This document shows positions 37,935 through 49,810 of a stretch of DNA of 64,000 bases, piece by piece. The first letter of the stretch is position 1. Each line of letters begins with the position of its first letter. The position numbers and the translations under genes were made by a program. Origin of the DNA: Macrostomum hystrix (taxonomy: Eukaryota; Animalia; Platyhelminthes); contig CATNEN010000038.1 in assembly GCA_950097015.1 (NCBI GenBank), forward strand, positions 20,646,001 through 20,710,000, in the 5' to 3' direction. Under the pieces are notes generated by a model, which saw nothing but the letters and a program-made list of their open reading frames with translations, was not told where the DNA came from and did no database searches.

Positions 37935-39647
37935 CTACTGCGGAACTTTCACAACGAGGACACCGGTGCGACTTTGAACTATGCTCGTCCGACTGCAGCA
38001 GCCGAGGCGTTGCCGCAGGGCAGCCAATACCCTGAATAGCTTGCTGTAGATAGCCAGCATCTGCAGCTGGCGAGCCCTCTTCAGGAGGGCCGTGTTAGAT
38101 GACAAAAATGCCAGCCGATCAGACAGGAATGCGATTAGCACATTGAAGAAGAACAGAACCAGAATAATATGAATGCCGACGTATACGAGGCCCAGTCGAT
38201 TAAGGGCCTCCGTAGACATGGAACCGCCAGTAAGAAAGCCGTAGAAACCAAGCCATATGTTGATCAACTTCAGTCCAGATGTCTGATAAAGTCCTGGCTC
38301 ACATGGTACCATGATCACGTACAGCCAGGAGCCACTGAAAGTGACTCCGCTGATGAAGAAAAACAATTTAAAAAGGAGATCCGTGAGGCACCACATCTGA
38401 AAGAAAAGACTGCTCACGAGTCCCATGTCCGACATGATTGAGATCATCCCAATGGAGGAGGAGCACAAGAAGAAAATGTCAAGACAGTCAACTACAAAAA
38501 GATCTTGTGCAAGCAGACGCTCTTCACAGCTCTGTACTTCGGGCACAAAGGATTCGATAACAAAGCACATTGGAGCCACAAAGACCCAGGACAATGGAAT
38601 GAACCATTTCAAATCAGACATCACAGTAAGCAGCACACGTTTAGTTTTGTTGCTCTCGGTTAGGACTCCAAAAGTTCCTATCATGATTCTCGACGAGTAA
38701 ACACAGCAGAGCCGAGCGATATTAACCATTGTAACCAACAGAATAATAGTAACAGTTACATCGACTGGGATGTATTTCCATTTGTACATGCTGACTAACA
38801 ACTCAATGTTGCTGCATGACTCATTGCAGTTGTCCACGTTAATCTTCCGATATATTAATGGTGAGCACAGTACCACCAAGCAGGTCCAAAGAGCTGAGGA
38901 AATACCAACATTAATCCACAGCCATTTTCGATGCCTCAACGCTACTTCACTCGACCATCGGGCAACGACTTCCGAGTCCCAGAAGTGTTTGAGTGCTGGC
39001 CTCAGCGGCTCCGTGTCCTTCGTCATGTCGGCCAGCATCGTCAGCGGGCTCGTGTCTTGTCTGTCGCCCCAGGGAAAGCTGTACTCGCTCAGGTCGACGC
39101 AGCGCACTCTCACTGCTCCCGCGTCAACCAGTCGACTGCAGTACCTGCTGCTGCGGTGCAGAATCCACTCAGCCACTGAGAACTCTCGTCTGAGCACTGC
39201 CAGCTCCAGCGCATTCAGTCCGAGCGCTTCCTTGTCCAACAGCTGAGACAGCGGCTCCGAGTGCCTTGCATCGTGCACCTGCTGCAGGAAGCTCACGGCC
39301 TCCTGACGGAGAGTGTCACTCTGCACAATGGACAGCTTGATGATGAGGCAGTGAACAGGACAGCAGTCAGCATCCCTGGCGCTTTGCTGATTGGTGACCT
39401 CCAGCAGATGACGGAAGCAGTCGAGAGCCAGACTGCAGCATGCCAGCTCGATGAGAGACGTGTGCTGCGACAGGAGCCGCGCGAAGGCATCTCCGTCGGC
39501 TGCGGCCGCGACTGTCTCGCTGGCGTCAGCGCAGATGCTCAGTTTGTCGGACGCTGAATCCAAAGAACTGATGATTCTTTGCAAGGATTGTAAATCATCA
39601 TTTCTTAGAACTTCTGTTGTCAACTCCTCCGACTCGTTTGGTTGCAT
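37935..39647 (-). CDS. Intronless, highly divergent TRPV-like cation channel (570 aa)
   Basis: Ankyrin-like GLNALELAVLRREFSVAEWIL; linker GAVRVRCVDLSEY...SPLTML (cf. TRPV YGP..S.LYDL.EID...SLLELI); about six hydrophobic segments; S6/TRP helix FFFNVLIAFLSDRLAFLSSNTALLKRARQL (cf. LNLLIAMMGDT...LWRAQ). Confidence 0.75.
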   Translation of the reverse strand: MQPNESEELTTEVLRNDDLQSLQRIISSLDSASDKLSICADASETVAAAADGDAFARLLSQHTSLIELACCSLALDCFRHLLEVTNQQSARDADCCPVHCLIIKLSIVQSDTLRQEAVSFLQQVHDARHSEPLSQLLDKEALGLNALELAVLRREFSVAEWILHRSSRYCSRLVDAGAVRVRCVDLSEYSFPWGDRQDTSPLTMLADMTKDTEPLRPALKHFWDSEVVARWSSEVALRHRKWLWINVGISSALWTCLVVLCSPLIYRKINVDNCNESCSNIELLVSMYKWKYIPVDVTVTIILLVTMVNIARLCCVYSSRIMIGTFGVLTESNKTKRVLLTVMSDLKWFIPLSWVFVAPMCFVIESFVPEVQSCEERLLAQDLFVVDCLDIFFLCSSSIGMISIMSDMGLVSSLFFQMWCLTDLLFKLFFFISGVTFSGSWLYVIMVPCEPGLYQTSGLKLINIWLGFYGFLTGGSMSTEALNRLGLVYVGIHIILVLFFFNVLIAFLSDRLAFLSSNTALLKRARQLQMLAIYSKLFRVLAALRQRLGCCSRTSIVQSRTGVLVVKVPQ

Positions 39648-39709
39648 GGCTAAATGATCGATGTTGGTCGCCTATCCATTTTAGAAATATTTTAGTCGAT
39701 GGCTTTTGC

Positions 39710-39716
39710 TTTTATA
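39710..39716 (-). promoter_or_regulatory. Candidate TATA box of the TRPV-like gene
   Basis: TATAAAA on the minus strand about 62 nt upstream of the ATG at 39647. Confidence 0.45.
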
Positions 39717-40419
39717 AGGATAATGTTTCAAAAAGAAAAGAATTCTAATTTCAACCGTTCATTTTCTTTTGTCTGTCGTATATCCACTCTTTGTTTAATT
39801 TTTGGTCAGTCCTATGACAACATGTAAGACTGCATGCCGTGGAAGGGTTGAATAAGAAAGCTATTTGACGGTTCTTCAGTTGCGTGATTCGCCTCAGGCC
39901 CTTGTTGAGCTAGCGGTGTCTCCATTTGAATCGAAACAGATGACTGGGAACATCTAGGTATTTTTCTGGGTGTGGCGTTAGACTTTATTTATACCGCTAC
40001 ATGTCGATGTCAAATGCTTTTTAAATTCTTAAAAATTCTTCAAATTCTTAAAAAAAGGGTATAGTAGTTGAATTTTGTAAAACTACTTTATCATAGAGTG
40101 GTTACCACAAAAAGTTACTGACTGGGCCGAGTTCCGAACCTTGTCAACTTTTTTTATTACTCAGAAATACAAAATTAGGTAAATTCAAGCTAGGTAAATT
40201 AAAAGTTCTCAGCATTAAAAACTACAGTCGAATCAGAAGACCTTAAGGGTTATATTACTGATAAAATACATACTCCATGAAACCGAGTGCCATTAGGAGT
40301 ATACTTGCTGGCTAATGGAGCTTCGTCTACGAGCGTAATTATACTGTTGCTTGCAGGAAATATGCAAGCTCTTCGTGTTTATGTGGCAGCACTTTTGCTT
40401 CCACGCTACTTCCAATTTT

Positions 40420-40677
40420 TGTGCAATTCAGCATAATTCCTGTAAGACTTGCGTACTTGTACTTCGCCCCGCATTGCGTCAGCTTGCTCCAGCCAATCAA
40501 TACCTCTTACGTCTTGTGCGCGCACTCAGCACTTTCAACTCTCACCTGTCGTACCCCCACCCCAATTATCGATCCATTAAATATATATTGTCGCCCGCGG
40601 GGCAGCGCTCAGTTGAGCATATTTTCGACCACAAATCAAAGACTCTACAATTCCTTAAAAAGTATTGTCTATGGTCG
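40420..40677 (-). repeat. Dispersed repeat arm ending in GTCTATGGT, inverted partner of 36090-36325
   Basis: Reverse-complement similarity with indels; outer end ACCATAGAC on the minus strand. Confidence 0.8.
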
Positions 40678-41454
40678 AAAATGTGGATTTTGCCTCCACA
40701 CCGGAATTGTGCGGCTTCGGCAAAATTGACTATGTTACAAGAGCTACATAAACGTCTTAAAAGTTCTATTGGACAAATGCGTTTTTTTGTCTATGGCTGG
40801 CTTAGTTCAGGAAAATTAAGCTTTTAGTAATCAGAACCACTGATACTATATTTATATAGTAACTTATTCCTCTATTCCCATCTTTATTAACAATCGTAAA
40901 TAATAGAATCTGTGATCAGAACTGAATAAATTTTACCATAGACTATGGTCAAGATAGAAAGTTTTATTTTGTTAAATGCCTTGTTTTTAGCCTTTCAATC
41001 GTCTTGATTTGAGTGATTTAATTTTATTTGCAGAAAACTTAAATATAGGCTGCACAAGCCATCAGGGTAGATGTGAAATTGGGGAACTAGGCAGCGTTGT
41101 GCATTAAAACAGCGCACAAAGCGTAGGGTTCTAGAAAGTTTGGGCATGACTTGTTTACGCGTAGTTCTAGAATTTTCGTCATCCATCTTTCTAGAGCTTT
41201 ATTTCGCGCGTATAAATAAACGAACCAATATCCTTAAAGGTCAAGACTGAACTTTCGGCGTGACTCAGTCACTAATTGTCTCGCTAATGCGATTAGTGAC
41301 TAATGCGATTAATGCGATCCGTATTATTAATTTCCATAACGGTACAGACAGACTGGTTAGGGACTGGCCCACACCTTTGTCAGCAGCGAATATTAGCTTC
41401 AACTGATGTGACGACTAAACATTCCGGGCCCCGACGTTAACAATAGCTAAATTA

Positions 41455-41569
41455 GGACGAGGGCTGTGGGCGCACTATTTGGTTTGATAGTATGACCCGA
41501 AGCCTGCGACGGAGAGGCAATTCAGCCGCCCATTCCGCTGACTCCTGAGCACACATGCACACAGATACT
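41455..41569 (-). mobile_element. SINE family A 3' fragment (diverged)
   Basis: GAGGGCTGTGGGC...GAGGCAATTC...CTGACTCCTGAGCACACATGCACACAGATAC. Confidence 0.75.
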
Positions 41570-42310
41570 TAAATATAATGATAATAGCATTATTAAAGAT
41601 GACACAACAAAGACTGGGCTACTGCCTTCAGGCCGTAGTTCTTTATGCGCTGCCCTTGAAAATTCACATTTTTAAAAACACTTTCTGTTGAAATTCCCGA
41701 TGAATTATTGCACAATACTTTTTACATCTTTATTATTCCTCACGTTTTGTTAGCTTGCATACAAATTGCAATTAAATTGTTAATAAAAACCAGCACGTTT
41801 GCGTGCACCGCAATAAAAAAAAATTCTGACATTCTTGTCGTCAGTTTCTGGCTTAAATTTAGGAATTTGAGCCAAACTTGCGCTGAAACTTAATTTGGGC
41901 TTCAGTTTCGCCAGGTAGACTTTTTTGCGATGATCAATGCTTTGGCAGTAATTGCCAGATGCAGCATTGCTTGTGAAGCGATGTTTGCGTAAGCAAGTGC
42001 ACTAATACTGCTGTAACCTGCAGGTTAAATAATCAATGTGCACACATCACTCACTTTGCGAAACTTGCAGGATGGATCAATTAGGCTCAGCCAACATATG
42101 CAGCGCATGCAGCTGATTGTCTGACGCAAGGCATTGTCTGACAACATATAACCTGGCGTTGTCATGGAAACTGTGACACAGTTAACCGTATTTAAGTCAG
42201 GCGTGTGTTAGGAAAGTAACTCAAATCAAGCTTTTACTGACAGCACACAAAACTAAGCTTTTTCACCTAATGTCCCAGTACCATTGGCTTCCCAGCCGCA
42301 GGTAGCAGAG

Positions 42311-43999
42311 ATGACTGACACACGACTGCCTTTGTCAGAGATTGTGAGGGAGGCCGTGGCCAACTCAACAGCTCACGCCATCTGCAGGGTGGCCCCCGCT
42401 AGTCGAAGCGCAGCTCTGAGGCTTTTCTGGCTGCTGGCGTTTCTCAGCTTCTTGGGCCTGATGCTCAACAGCTGCGTAGCCTACGTGGCGCGACTCAACT
42501 CTCCCAAGGTGCAGTCCGAGTTCCAGGCGGAGAAGGTTCGCTTTGAGTTTCCGGACGTATATTTCTGCAACAGCCTGCAGGCAGCCGGATCTTTCATTTA
42601 CCTGTTGAACAAGTCCGAGGCCGACCAGGTTAATGTTCCTTTCAGTGCTGCTCAAGCCAAATTCGATCAAGTGCTCAAATCCCTGAATGCATCGGAGTCT
42701 GAATATTCTACTTTGAGCGAACTCAAGCTTCTCAGCTCGATTCAGTCACTAAAGTACAAACTTCTCGCAGACATTGTGGGCCAGAGAAAGCTGCAGACAT
42801 TCTACGGCAACTTTGGCATCTTCACGGCAGGCTCAGAGAGTCTGCTCAGGTCACCTGTTGCGGTTGAAACCCTGTACCATCCTAACCACCTGAAGTGTTT
42901 CAAGCTAGCTTTAACTCCCACTGAGCTGGCAAAGATGCAAGACACCAACAGCAGGCTGAAGCTGAACCTGCTGCTCGACCCGTACTTCTACCAGTTTGAT
43001 AAATTTGGTTTGTTGTCACCTGGCAATAGCCGGCTGCCAAACTCGATGGTTTTAATATCCGGCCATCCGACTTACATCTACCCATTCGACTGGGACCTGG
43101 AGAACCCATTGGGATTCGACAGAGGCAGCGGCATGTACCTCTACCTGACCTCCAGAGGTCAGTATCCGTCGCGGCTGACCTCCACGGTGATTAGCTTGGC
43201 ACCTGGCAGGGCATACGACCTGGCAATTTCAATGAGAGACGCCCATATGACTCCCGAAGACTTCCCCAACCAGTGCATCGATCAGCACGATCCGGCTCTG
43301 TTCCTGAACCCGTACAGCGGCTCAGCGGACGCATTCAGCTACAGCGAGGCCCACTGCTACTACTCTGAGATCGCCAGAGACATGCAGCAGAGGTACAACT
43401 GCAGCCCTAAGCCTGATCCGACACCTTGGCAATTCAGACACCTGGCCCTGTGCCTGAACCTCACGGCTGCTGGGACTGTGGAAAATATTCATAGAAACAT
43501 GAAGGCGGCAGTGAAGGCTCGTCTGGATGCGGACAGCGGCAGCAACACTTGGGATCAGGCCTGCGCTGGCAAGCGGCTCTGCAGGCGTCGCACCTACTCT
43601 GTGACGTCATCATTTGGACTATGGCCCAATCAGGCCAGTCTGATTCGGCTGGTTGATAACATCATGAGATCGCTGCTCGATGGCGTGGATCCAGAGGATT
43701 TCCGATCAATCGAAACCGGCGTGAAAACAATCAAGGAGGCTAACGCAAGTAAAATATCCGATTTGGAGGATGGGATCTCGAGCTACTTCAAGAGGGCAGC
43801 TGTCAGTGTCACGCTGAGAGCGGAAGCCACGCACAGCTCGCTGACTACATTCAGGCTGGACTATCGGCTCACGCAGTTCATCGCGGACATTGGGAGCGCT
43901 CTTGGCTTGTACCTCGGGTGCTCCCTGCTCACAGTTTTCGAGCTGTTTGAACTTCTCCACGATGTTCTTAGTCGAGCTAACATTAAAGATGTTTTTTAA
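42311..43999 (+). CDS. Intronless DEG/ENaC (amiloride-sensitive channel family) subunit, 562 aa from the first in-frame ATG
   Basis: Pre-TM1 NSTAHAI, TM1, FPDVYFCN, Cys-rich thumb region, TM2 QFIADIGSALGLYLGCSLLTVFELFE with GxS filter. AATAAA overlaps the stop codon. Confidence 0.93.
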   Translation: MTDTRLPLSEIVREAVANSTAHAICRVAPASRSAALRLFWLLAFLSFLGLMLNSCVAYVARLNSPKVQSEFQAEKVRFEFPDVYFCNSLQAAGSFIYLLNKSEADQVNVPFSAAQAKFDQVLKSLNASESEYSTLSELKLLSSIQSLKYKLLADIVGQRKLQTFYGNFGIFTAGSESLLRSPVAVETLYHPNHLKCFKLALTPTELAKMQDTNSRLKLNLLLDPYFYQFDKFGLLSPGNSRLPNSMVLISGHPTYIYPFDWDLENPLGFDRGSGMYLYLTSRGQYPSRLTSTVISLAPGRAYDLAISMRDAHMTPEDFPNQCIDQHDPALFLNPYSGSADAFSYSEAHCYYSEIARDMQQRYNCSPKPDPTPWQFRHLALCLNLTAAGTVENIHRNMKAAVKARLDADSGSNTWDQACAGKRLCRRRTYSVTSSFGLWPNQASLIRLVDNIMRSLLDGVDPEDFRSIETGVKTIKEANASKISDLEDGISSYFKRAAVSVTLRAEATHSSLTTFRLDYRLTQFIADIGSALGLYLGCSLLTVFELFELLHDVLSRANIKDVF

Positions 44000-46889
44000 A
44001 TAAACAGGATGCGACTGCTTGATTTAATTCGCAGTTGTGCGAATTTGCGACTGTTTGGTGAGCGAGAAGCTAGAAGCGACGTCTTACGCGTAGATTTTAA
44101 GGGGTATTGATTCTTTAGAATAATGTATTGCCCTGTCCTTTTCGCTTCCCATGGCCTATGACTATCCCCAGTGACCTAAAGTGTCGATGTTTTTTTTCTT
44201 TAGAGTCCTGACTTATATTTGCTTTTTCCAAGTCAAATTTCACCCACCTCCCTTCTTCAATTGCGTGTATAGTAATAAATCTATTAATATACTTTTCCCA
44301 CTTAACTCCCTCCCTTAAAGGCGGGACATGCATCAAGCAACTGTAGCGATACTGATGAAATACTTAGTTGTTCATCTTGCTTCTGAGTCTGAAAATACTC
44401 TTCAAGTATTCAACAACTGAAAAACACGTCAAAGCAAGCACACTTTTTATTTTCATACCTAGCAAATCTATGTTTAGACCATTCGAACAGCATGTTTTTA
44501 AGGTGAGTTTGGCTTCAGAGTGTGACATATTCTCGGCTTGAGAATTCGTGGTATTGCAGGTATTATTATTTGTTTAAAATAAAAACATTTTGAAAAAACT
44601 TGTCGTCGTCTGCCTGACGGTGCATGAATCTGAAATTGCATTATTGCTTCCAGCAGTATATTCCGCCGATTCCGGCTTCAAATAGCTTTTGCGGGAGTGT
44701 GGAAGTAGTTAAAGACGAAATCTAAGTAAGCAAAGAAAAACTGTCTCAGAATATTTTTTAAATACCCGATTGATTATTTTTTATTACCGTTGGCCTACGA
44801 TATAGGGCAGATCTAGTGCTCCTTTATGTTTTTAAATAATATAATTATATGTTTATAAACATATGTTTAAAATATGTTTAAAAAATAATTTTTTTAAGTT
44901 AGGCTACTTTTAACTAGGATCAGGCCTTCTATACCTTTTGAAAAGGCCTACCTTTTAAATTTAAATTTCTATCAAATACCATTCTTTTTCAACTTCGGCC
45001 CCTAGCTTCCATATGACCAAAGCAATTATCAATACCATTACATTATGTAATGTACCCCTTAATTCAATATGATTATTAGTCTTTCTTTCTTACTCAATTG
45101 GTCTCTAGTATATGAGTTTTTCAAAGCAACCCTAAATTTTAGAGAATTAGTTAACAATGATTAGGCCCTAATGAACTCAATTCCAATCTGATTTACAATT
45201 ACACAGCTTACAGCTATTTACAATTATGGGTTTTATGTAGAATATGATATGCTCAAGCCTTTTTATTTTCCTTTAGCAGAATCTCCCTCTAATTTAGTGG
45301 AAACATGTTTCTCTAATGTACCCCCTTTACACGTTTCAGATGGCTTTTGCAATTGACTGTTGGCCCTAAATAGTAAATTGATGTCTATACAACATCTATT
45401 TATTAAGCTATGGAATAGGTATGGCTTTGCCACTTCTTTAAAGCCAAAAGAATTATATTGTAAACAAATAAACACGTCTATGTCTTGTCTTGTCAGCATA
45501 GTAATCCTATTCAACATAAAATTTAAATTTAATACTTTGGTACTGAGTGTTAATAGAAGATATATATTATATATATTCCATGGTGTAGATAACAAAAAAA
45601 TTAACTAGACCCTATATGCTTTTAGAATTTTTAGGCCCCCATAATCCATAAAAAAAATAAAAAATGTTCTTGCATTTTTTATGTTTTCCAAGTCAAATCT
45701 ATCTGGATCACAGCCCTTTAAGTTTATGGGGCTGTAAAAGCAACTAAAATGTTGATCAAAAAATTGTTATAACTTTTTTATTGCTTGACCAATTTTGATG
45801 TGTGTAGGTATATTTTAACTCAGACAAGCAAGATCTATAACACAGGAAAAAACAAAAATTTGGAATTTTTTTTCTCACTGGAGCCTAACATAAATGGAAA
45901 GTCTTCTGGTGTCTTGACTTACTTGACTTAGCTACAAGGCAGTCCAAAAACTTAGTAAGGAAATAGCAGTCACCAATTAATTATATTAATTGTTGATGTA
46001 TCCATTTTGTTGCTCTTTGCTGCTTTTCTGTCAAGTGGTGCTAAAATTCTTGACAATTCTGAAACAGAGTTGGCAACCTAGACTTTCTAGACTTTAGTAG
46101 AGAATCCTTTTGCTTCTTATTATGTTTGTATATATCTCACTACATGTGATGTTCCAAACTATGTTTAGAATTGCTCATTTAGTTTTGTTCCAAGTGATCA
46201 AAAAGAATGACCAGAGCAAAGCCTGTTTTCCCCCAAAAGTCACATGCTGTTCTTCAAGCATACCATTTATGTATTCTGCTCACCATGCTTGGCCAGTAGA
46301 ACCACAGTTTGGAAAACTAAGAATATATTTTTAACTTAGATGCTTAGTAAGGAAGTTAAATATAGGCTTGATAGATTTGGCATTCAAATCATAGATTTGA
46401 CATACAAGCTCTGTCAGCAGCTCTTGATACACCCAGACATTCTCCAAAGCTGATTCAATACTCTTGGACACTTTGTCATCTGCTTTTTGGTCATCTTGAT
46501 GGAAGTGTCCAGGGTCTAAGAGGGTAGATGATGGAGTGACCAAGACTTAAGACTTAGAATTTGTCATCTCTATTATTTATGTCAGGGTGCATGTCCAACC
46601 AATGCCAGCAAGCCTATAGGTTTATATTTATATATTTGCATGTCTTTACTTATAAATTTATTTTCCATTTTGAGGTGCCAAGGCACACATTTCACACAAA
46701 AACATTAGCTTGACATAATACTGCAAAAACCTTGTAGAATCAGTACAACAATAGTATAATCTCCTTTCTGTAATGATCTACCTTTGTATGTCTGCACTTT
46801 AACTAGAGCCAATTATTTGGAATCAACTGTACTGTTTAACAAACTGCCTAATTGCTGGCTTAAAAAATACTAGTGTTAGGTTAAGAGTA

Positions 46890-47425
46890 GGTTGTAGCCT
46901 AGTGGTTAGATTGTTGAACTAACAACCTGAAGGTCTGCAGGGTTCAATTCCCGACTCCACTTAAACAATTTGTGTCCTTTAGCAAGACATTTAACTCAAG
47001 ACAAGACAAGACAAGACAAGGCATTGCTTCAGTCCACCCAGCTGTTAAATAGGTATGGGCTGGGTTAGCTGGGTATCAGCTGGGTTAATAGTTGGTTGGT
47101 ATGGTGTCCCCCTTGTCCATGGACTAAACAGCCATATGCGGCTAGGGATGCTAAAATACCGGACTTGCCCAAAACTGGGATCCCGGTATTCAATACCAGA
47201 ATTTCGCCAATACCGAAATACCAAATAATACAGAAAAAATGACCTAAAACTGGGATCCCGGTATTAGCATCTCTAATACAGACATATTTTAGACCAATAC
47301 TGGACCAATACCAAACCCTAATACAGGTATTGGTAATACCGAAAAATGGCCCAAAACCGGTATTTTTCGAAACCGTGATCCTGGTATTAGCATCTCTATA
47401 TGCTGCTTTCAGATGCATGGCACAA
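46890..47425 (+). mobile_element. tRNA-derived CORE-type SINE interrupted by a (CAAGA)n tract and a MITE
   Basis: A box TAGCCTAGTGGTT, B box GGTTCAATTCC, CORE-like GTGTCCTTTAGCAAGACATTTAAC...GCTTCAGTCCACCCAGCTGTTAAAT. The tail resumes after 47398 and matches 9940-9990. Confidence 0.85.
47143..47398. mobile_element. hAT-type MITE nested in the CORE-SINE
   Basis: TIRs TAGGGATGCTAA / TTAGCATCTCTA (Ac-like TAGGGATG start); 8-bp TSD TATGCGGC (47135-42) / TATGCTGC (47399-406); AATACC subterminal repeats. Confidence 0.88.
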
Positions 47426-47623
47426 TAGCTGCAGCTGTGCTGTTGGCTGCACATCTGGCCCAATTTGGGCAGGTGTAAACAATTACTTTAAAATGATTTA
47501 ATTTATTCAAAAATTGCATTGACTTAAAGGCTTTTTATTGGATTAATGACATGGAAACTGTTTAGATGTAATTGAGTTGTACCGGTTGTCCTGCTAACAA
47601 TGGGGTATCTGGTGGACTCCAAT

Positions 47624-47904
47624 CATACATGCGCAACACCCGGCCGAGCCGGCCGAACCGGCCGGGTGAAACGAGGGCCAAGCAAGGTAAGTCGCAAAAA
47701 CCAATCGACCAAGCGCAAAAAAATCAAAGGGGGGACCAAGGGACAAAAAAGGAAGGCGTGAAGAAAAGGAAAAAGGGGAGAGAAAAAGAGAGCAAATGAG
47801 AGCAAACTAAGTCGTAAATAGAGCAATGAAACGAACTAAGTCGCAAATGAGAGCAAAAACTAAGTCGCAAGGCCGGCTAAGATTTGGGAGGTTGCGCATG
47901 TATG
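47624..47904. mobile_element. hAT-type MITE with a perfect 8-bp TSD
   Basis: Perfect 14-bp TIR CATACATGCGCAAC / GTTGCGCATGTATG; TSD ACTCCAAT at 47616-23 and 47905-12. Confidence 0.92.
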
Positions 47905-48704
47905 ACTCCAATATGAAGTCCAAGAGTACTAGGTAGTGTAGTAGTAGTGCTGCCACCAGGGCATCAGGACTTCTGCGTTTGGTGAGGTGAAGGATCCTTG
48001 GCCCGAAAGAGATAAAGTCACAAAGTCTTGAGAAGCACACACCGTGCAGAGTTCCAGCCACAGTAAAAGGCTGTCAGAGTCCTGCATAGCTCGGGTGGTA
48101 ATGGGAGGCTCAGTTAGTTTCGGTACTTAGCCAGAACTGAGCTTGCGAGCAGTCACACGCAGAGACTGAAGCGGGAAACTTGTACACTGATGGCACCATA
48201 CTCTAGGTAAGAGAGAGTGACTATAACAAGGTCGGAATATCGCTAGTAGAAAGGAACCTTTGAGAACCAGAGGAGCGGGCTTTCTTTTATAGGCAAGGGC
48301 CTCCCATAGGGTCAGTAAAGAGTTAGAAAACACGTGATGGTGTGACAATTAAAATGACGAAGACAGAAGTCCGTGGCGGCAACAATTAGAGTTCACTTCA
48401 GTCTAGAGTCAGTTCAATTATGTGGTGTAGCGGTAGCACTTTATTATCGTGGTGCACTGGGATGCACTACAAGCAGAGAGTAAAGAAAGTAAGGTGCAGG
48501 AGCTCAACCATAGTAATAGCAATGACGGCACGGCGAGGGGAAGATAAGAAATAGTGCGCGAAGCTAGGACAGACACGAGAAGCCGAGCAGTGGGCAGGGC
48601 TAACAGGCAGAATAGTCTCAGAACAATAACAAGTGGACAACCAGTGGTCAAACAGGAACACGAGAAGACAAAGCGAGACAACAAGAACGAGAACCAGGGC
48701 CGGA

Positions 48705-48773
48705 CACGACAAGACAGGACAAGACAAGACAAGACACGATAAGACAAGACAAGACAAGACAAGACAAGACAAG
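48705..48773. repeat. (CAAGA)n microsatellite
   Basis: Visible directly; the same unit occurs at 46997-47020. Confidence 0.9.
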
Positions 48774-49810
48774 TGGAGCGCGAGCGGGCCTAAAGCCCTT
48801 ATTTAAATAAGCTTAGTAAACTGCAGAACAGGGCGATCGATAACTCTAGAAACTGGCCCCAGCCAATGAGCGTGTAAGTACACTGGTCTGGGCAGACGAC
48901 AATTAGACATTAGCAAAACCAAGCTGTGGCAGCGCGATGTGCACTAACGCCTACTAACAGTAACACTCTAAGAATTACAACTTAACCATACGAAACTGAG
49001 AAATGGATGAAAACCAGACGACATCAGTAAAACGGCCCTAGTTAGTACACACGTAAATTAGCTATGTAAATTAACAAGTAAATTAAATTGCTAGGGGCGC
49101 TTTCAACAAGTGACAACGTCACAATGGAATCACGTGTTTTCTAAAATTAGCAACTGATGTCAGGTGGCGCCAGAAACGTCACTCACTCCTACGTAGGCTC
49201 CTGTCCCATAATCAAAGCACCAAGTGCAGTAAACATGTTTACGTGCACTTTAAAATACAAAGAGAGGCCAGTCACATGAGGAGAATCACGTGCTGACTGA
49301 GGGCGAACAAGCACACAAAGAAAAAGGGACGGGGAACAGCGAAGCCAGCGCGGAACAAAGAGGTGATGACTCATCCCTGGGGGGGAGACAACACACTCAA
49401 AGTGCAGGCGCGGCTGGGGAAGGGCAGGGCAGAGAGGGACAGACCAGACAATGCCAGAGAGGGCGGGCCGGGCAGCCACTCAGTGCCAGCATAAGGGACA
49501 CCTAAGCTACCTTGCAGGTGGGGCTACTGACAGCTAGTGAGACACCAATAGGCCCCTAAGCCGTGGCTCACTACAATTGCCTAAACTTTTTACCAATTAG
49601 CTACTAAAAGGATTACTACTTAAGGGCACACTACTTAAGAAAGTGTGTCTTTAAATCAAACAGGCCATAAAATTTAAGTGGTTAAATTCAATTAAGTACA
49701 AAAACTTTTTCCAGCCATGTTGTATATGTTTTTTAAGTTGGTCATAAACCTATTAATTTTCACACTGTCAAATATACATAAGTATAAATATAATTTCAGC
49801 TTACTACAAA

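Noticed and set aside
44100-46560. AT-rich short ORFs and a possible small TIR element at about 45632-45888
   Set aside because: Termini match only weakly and no transposase motif is recognisable.
46890-46960. tRNA gene
   Set aside because: A and B boxes are present but there is no intact cloverleaf, and it runs directly into a CORE-SINE body.
47937-49600. Possible solo LTR or LTR-element remnant (TG...CA ends at 47937/48347, minus-strand TATAAAAG, TGGTGGCAGC and TGGCGCC motifs)
   Set aside because: No TSD, no second LTR, no gag/pol similarity that I can recognise.
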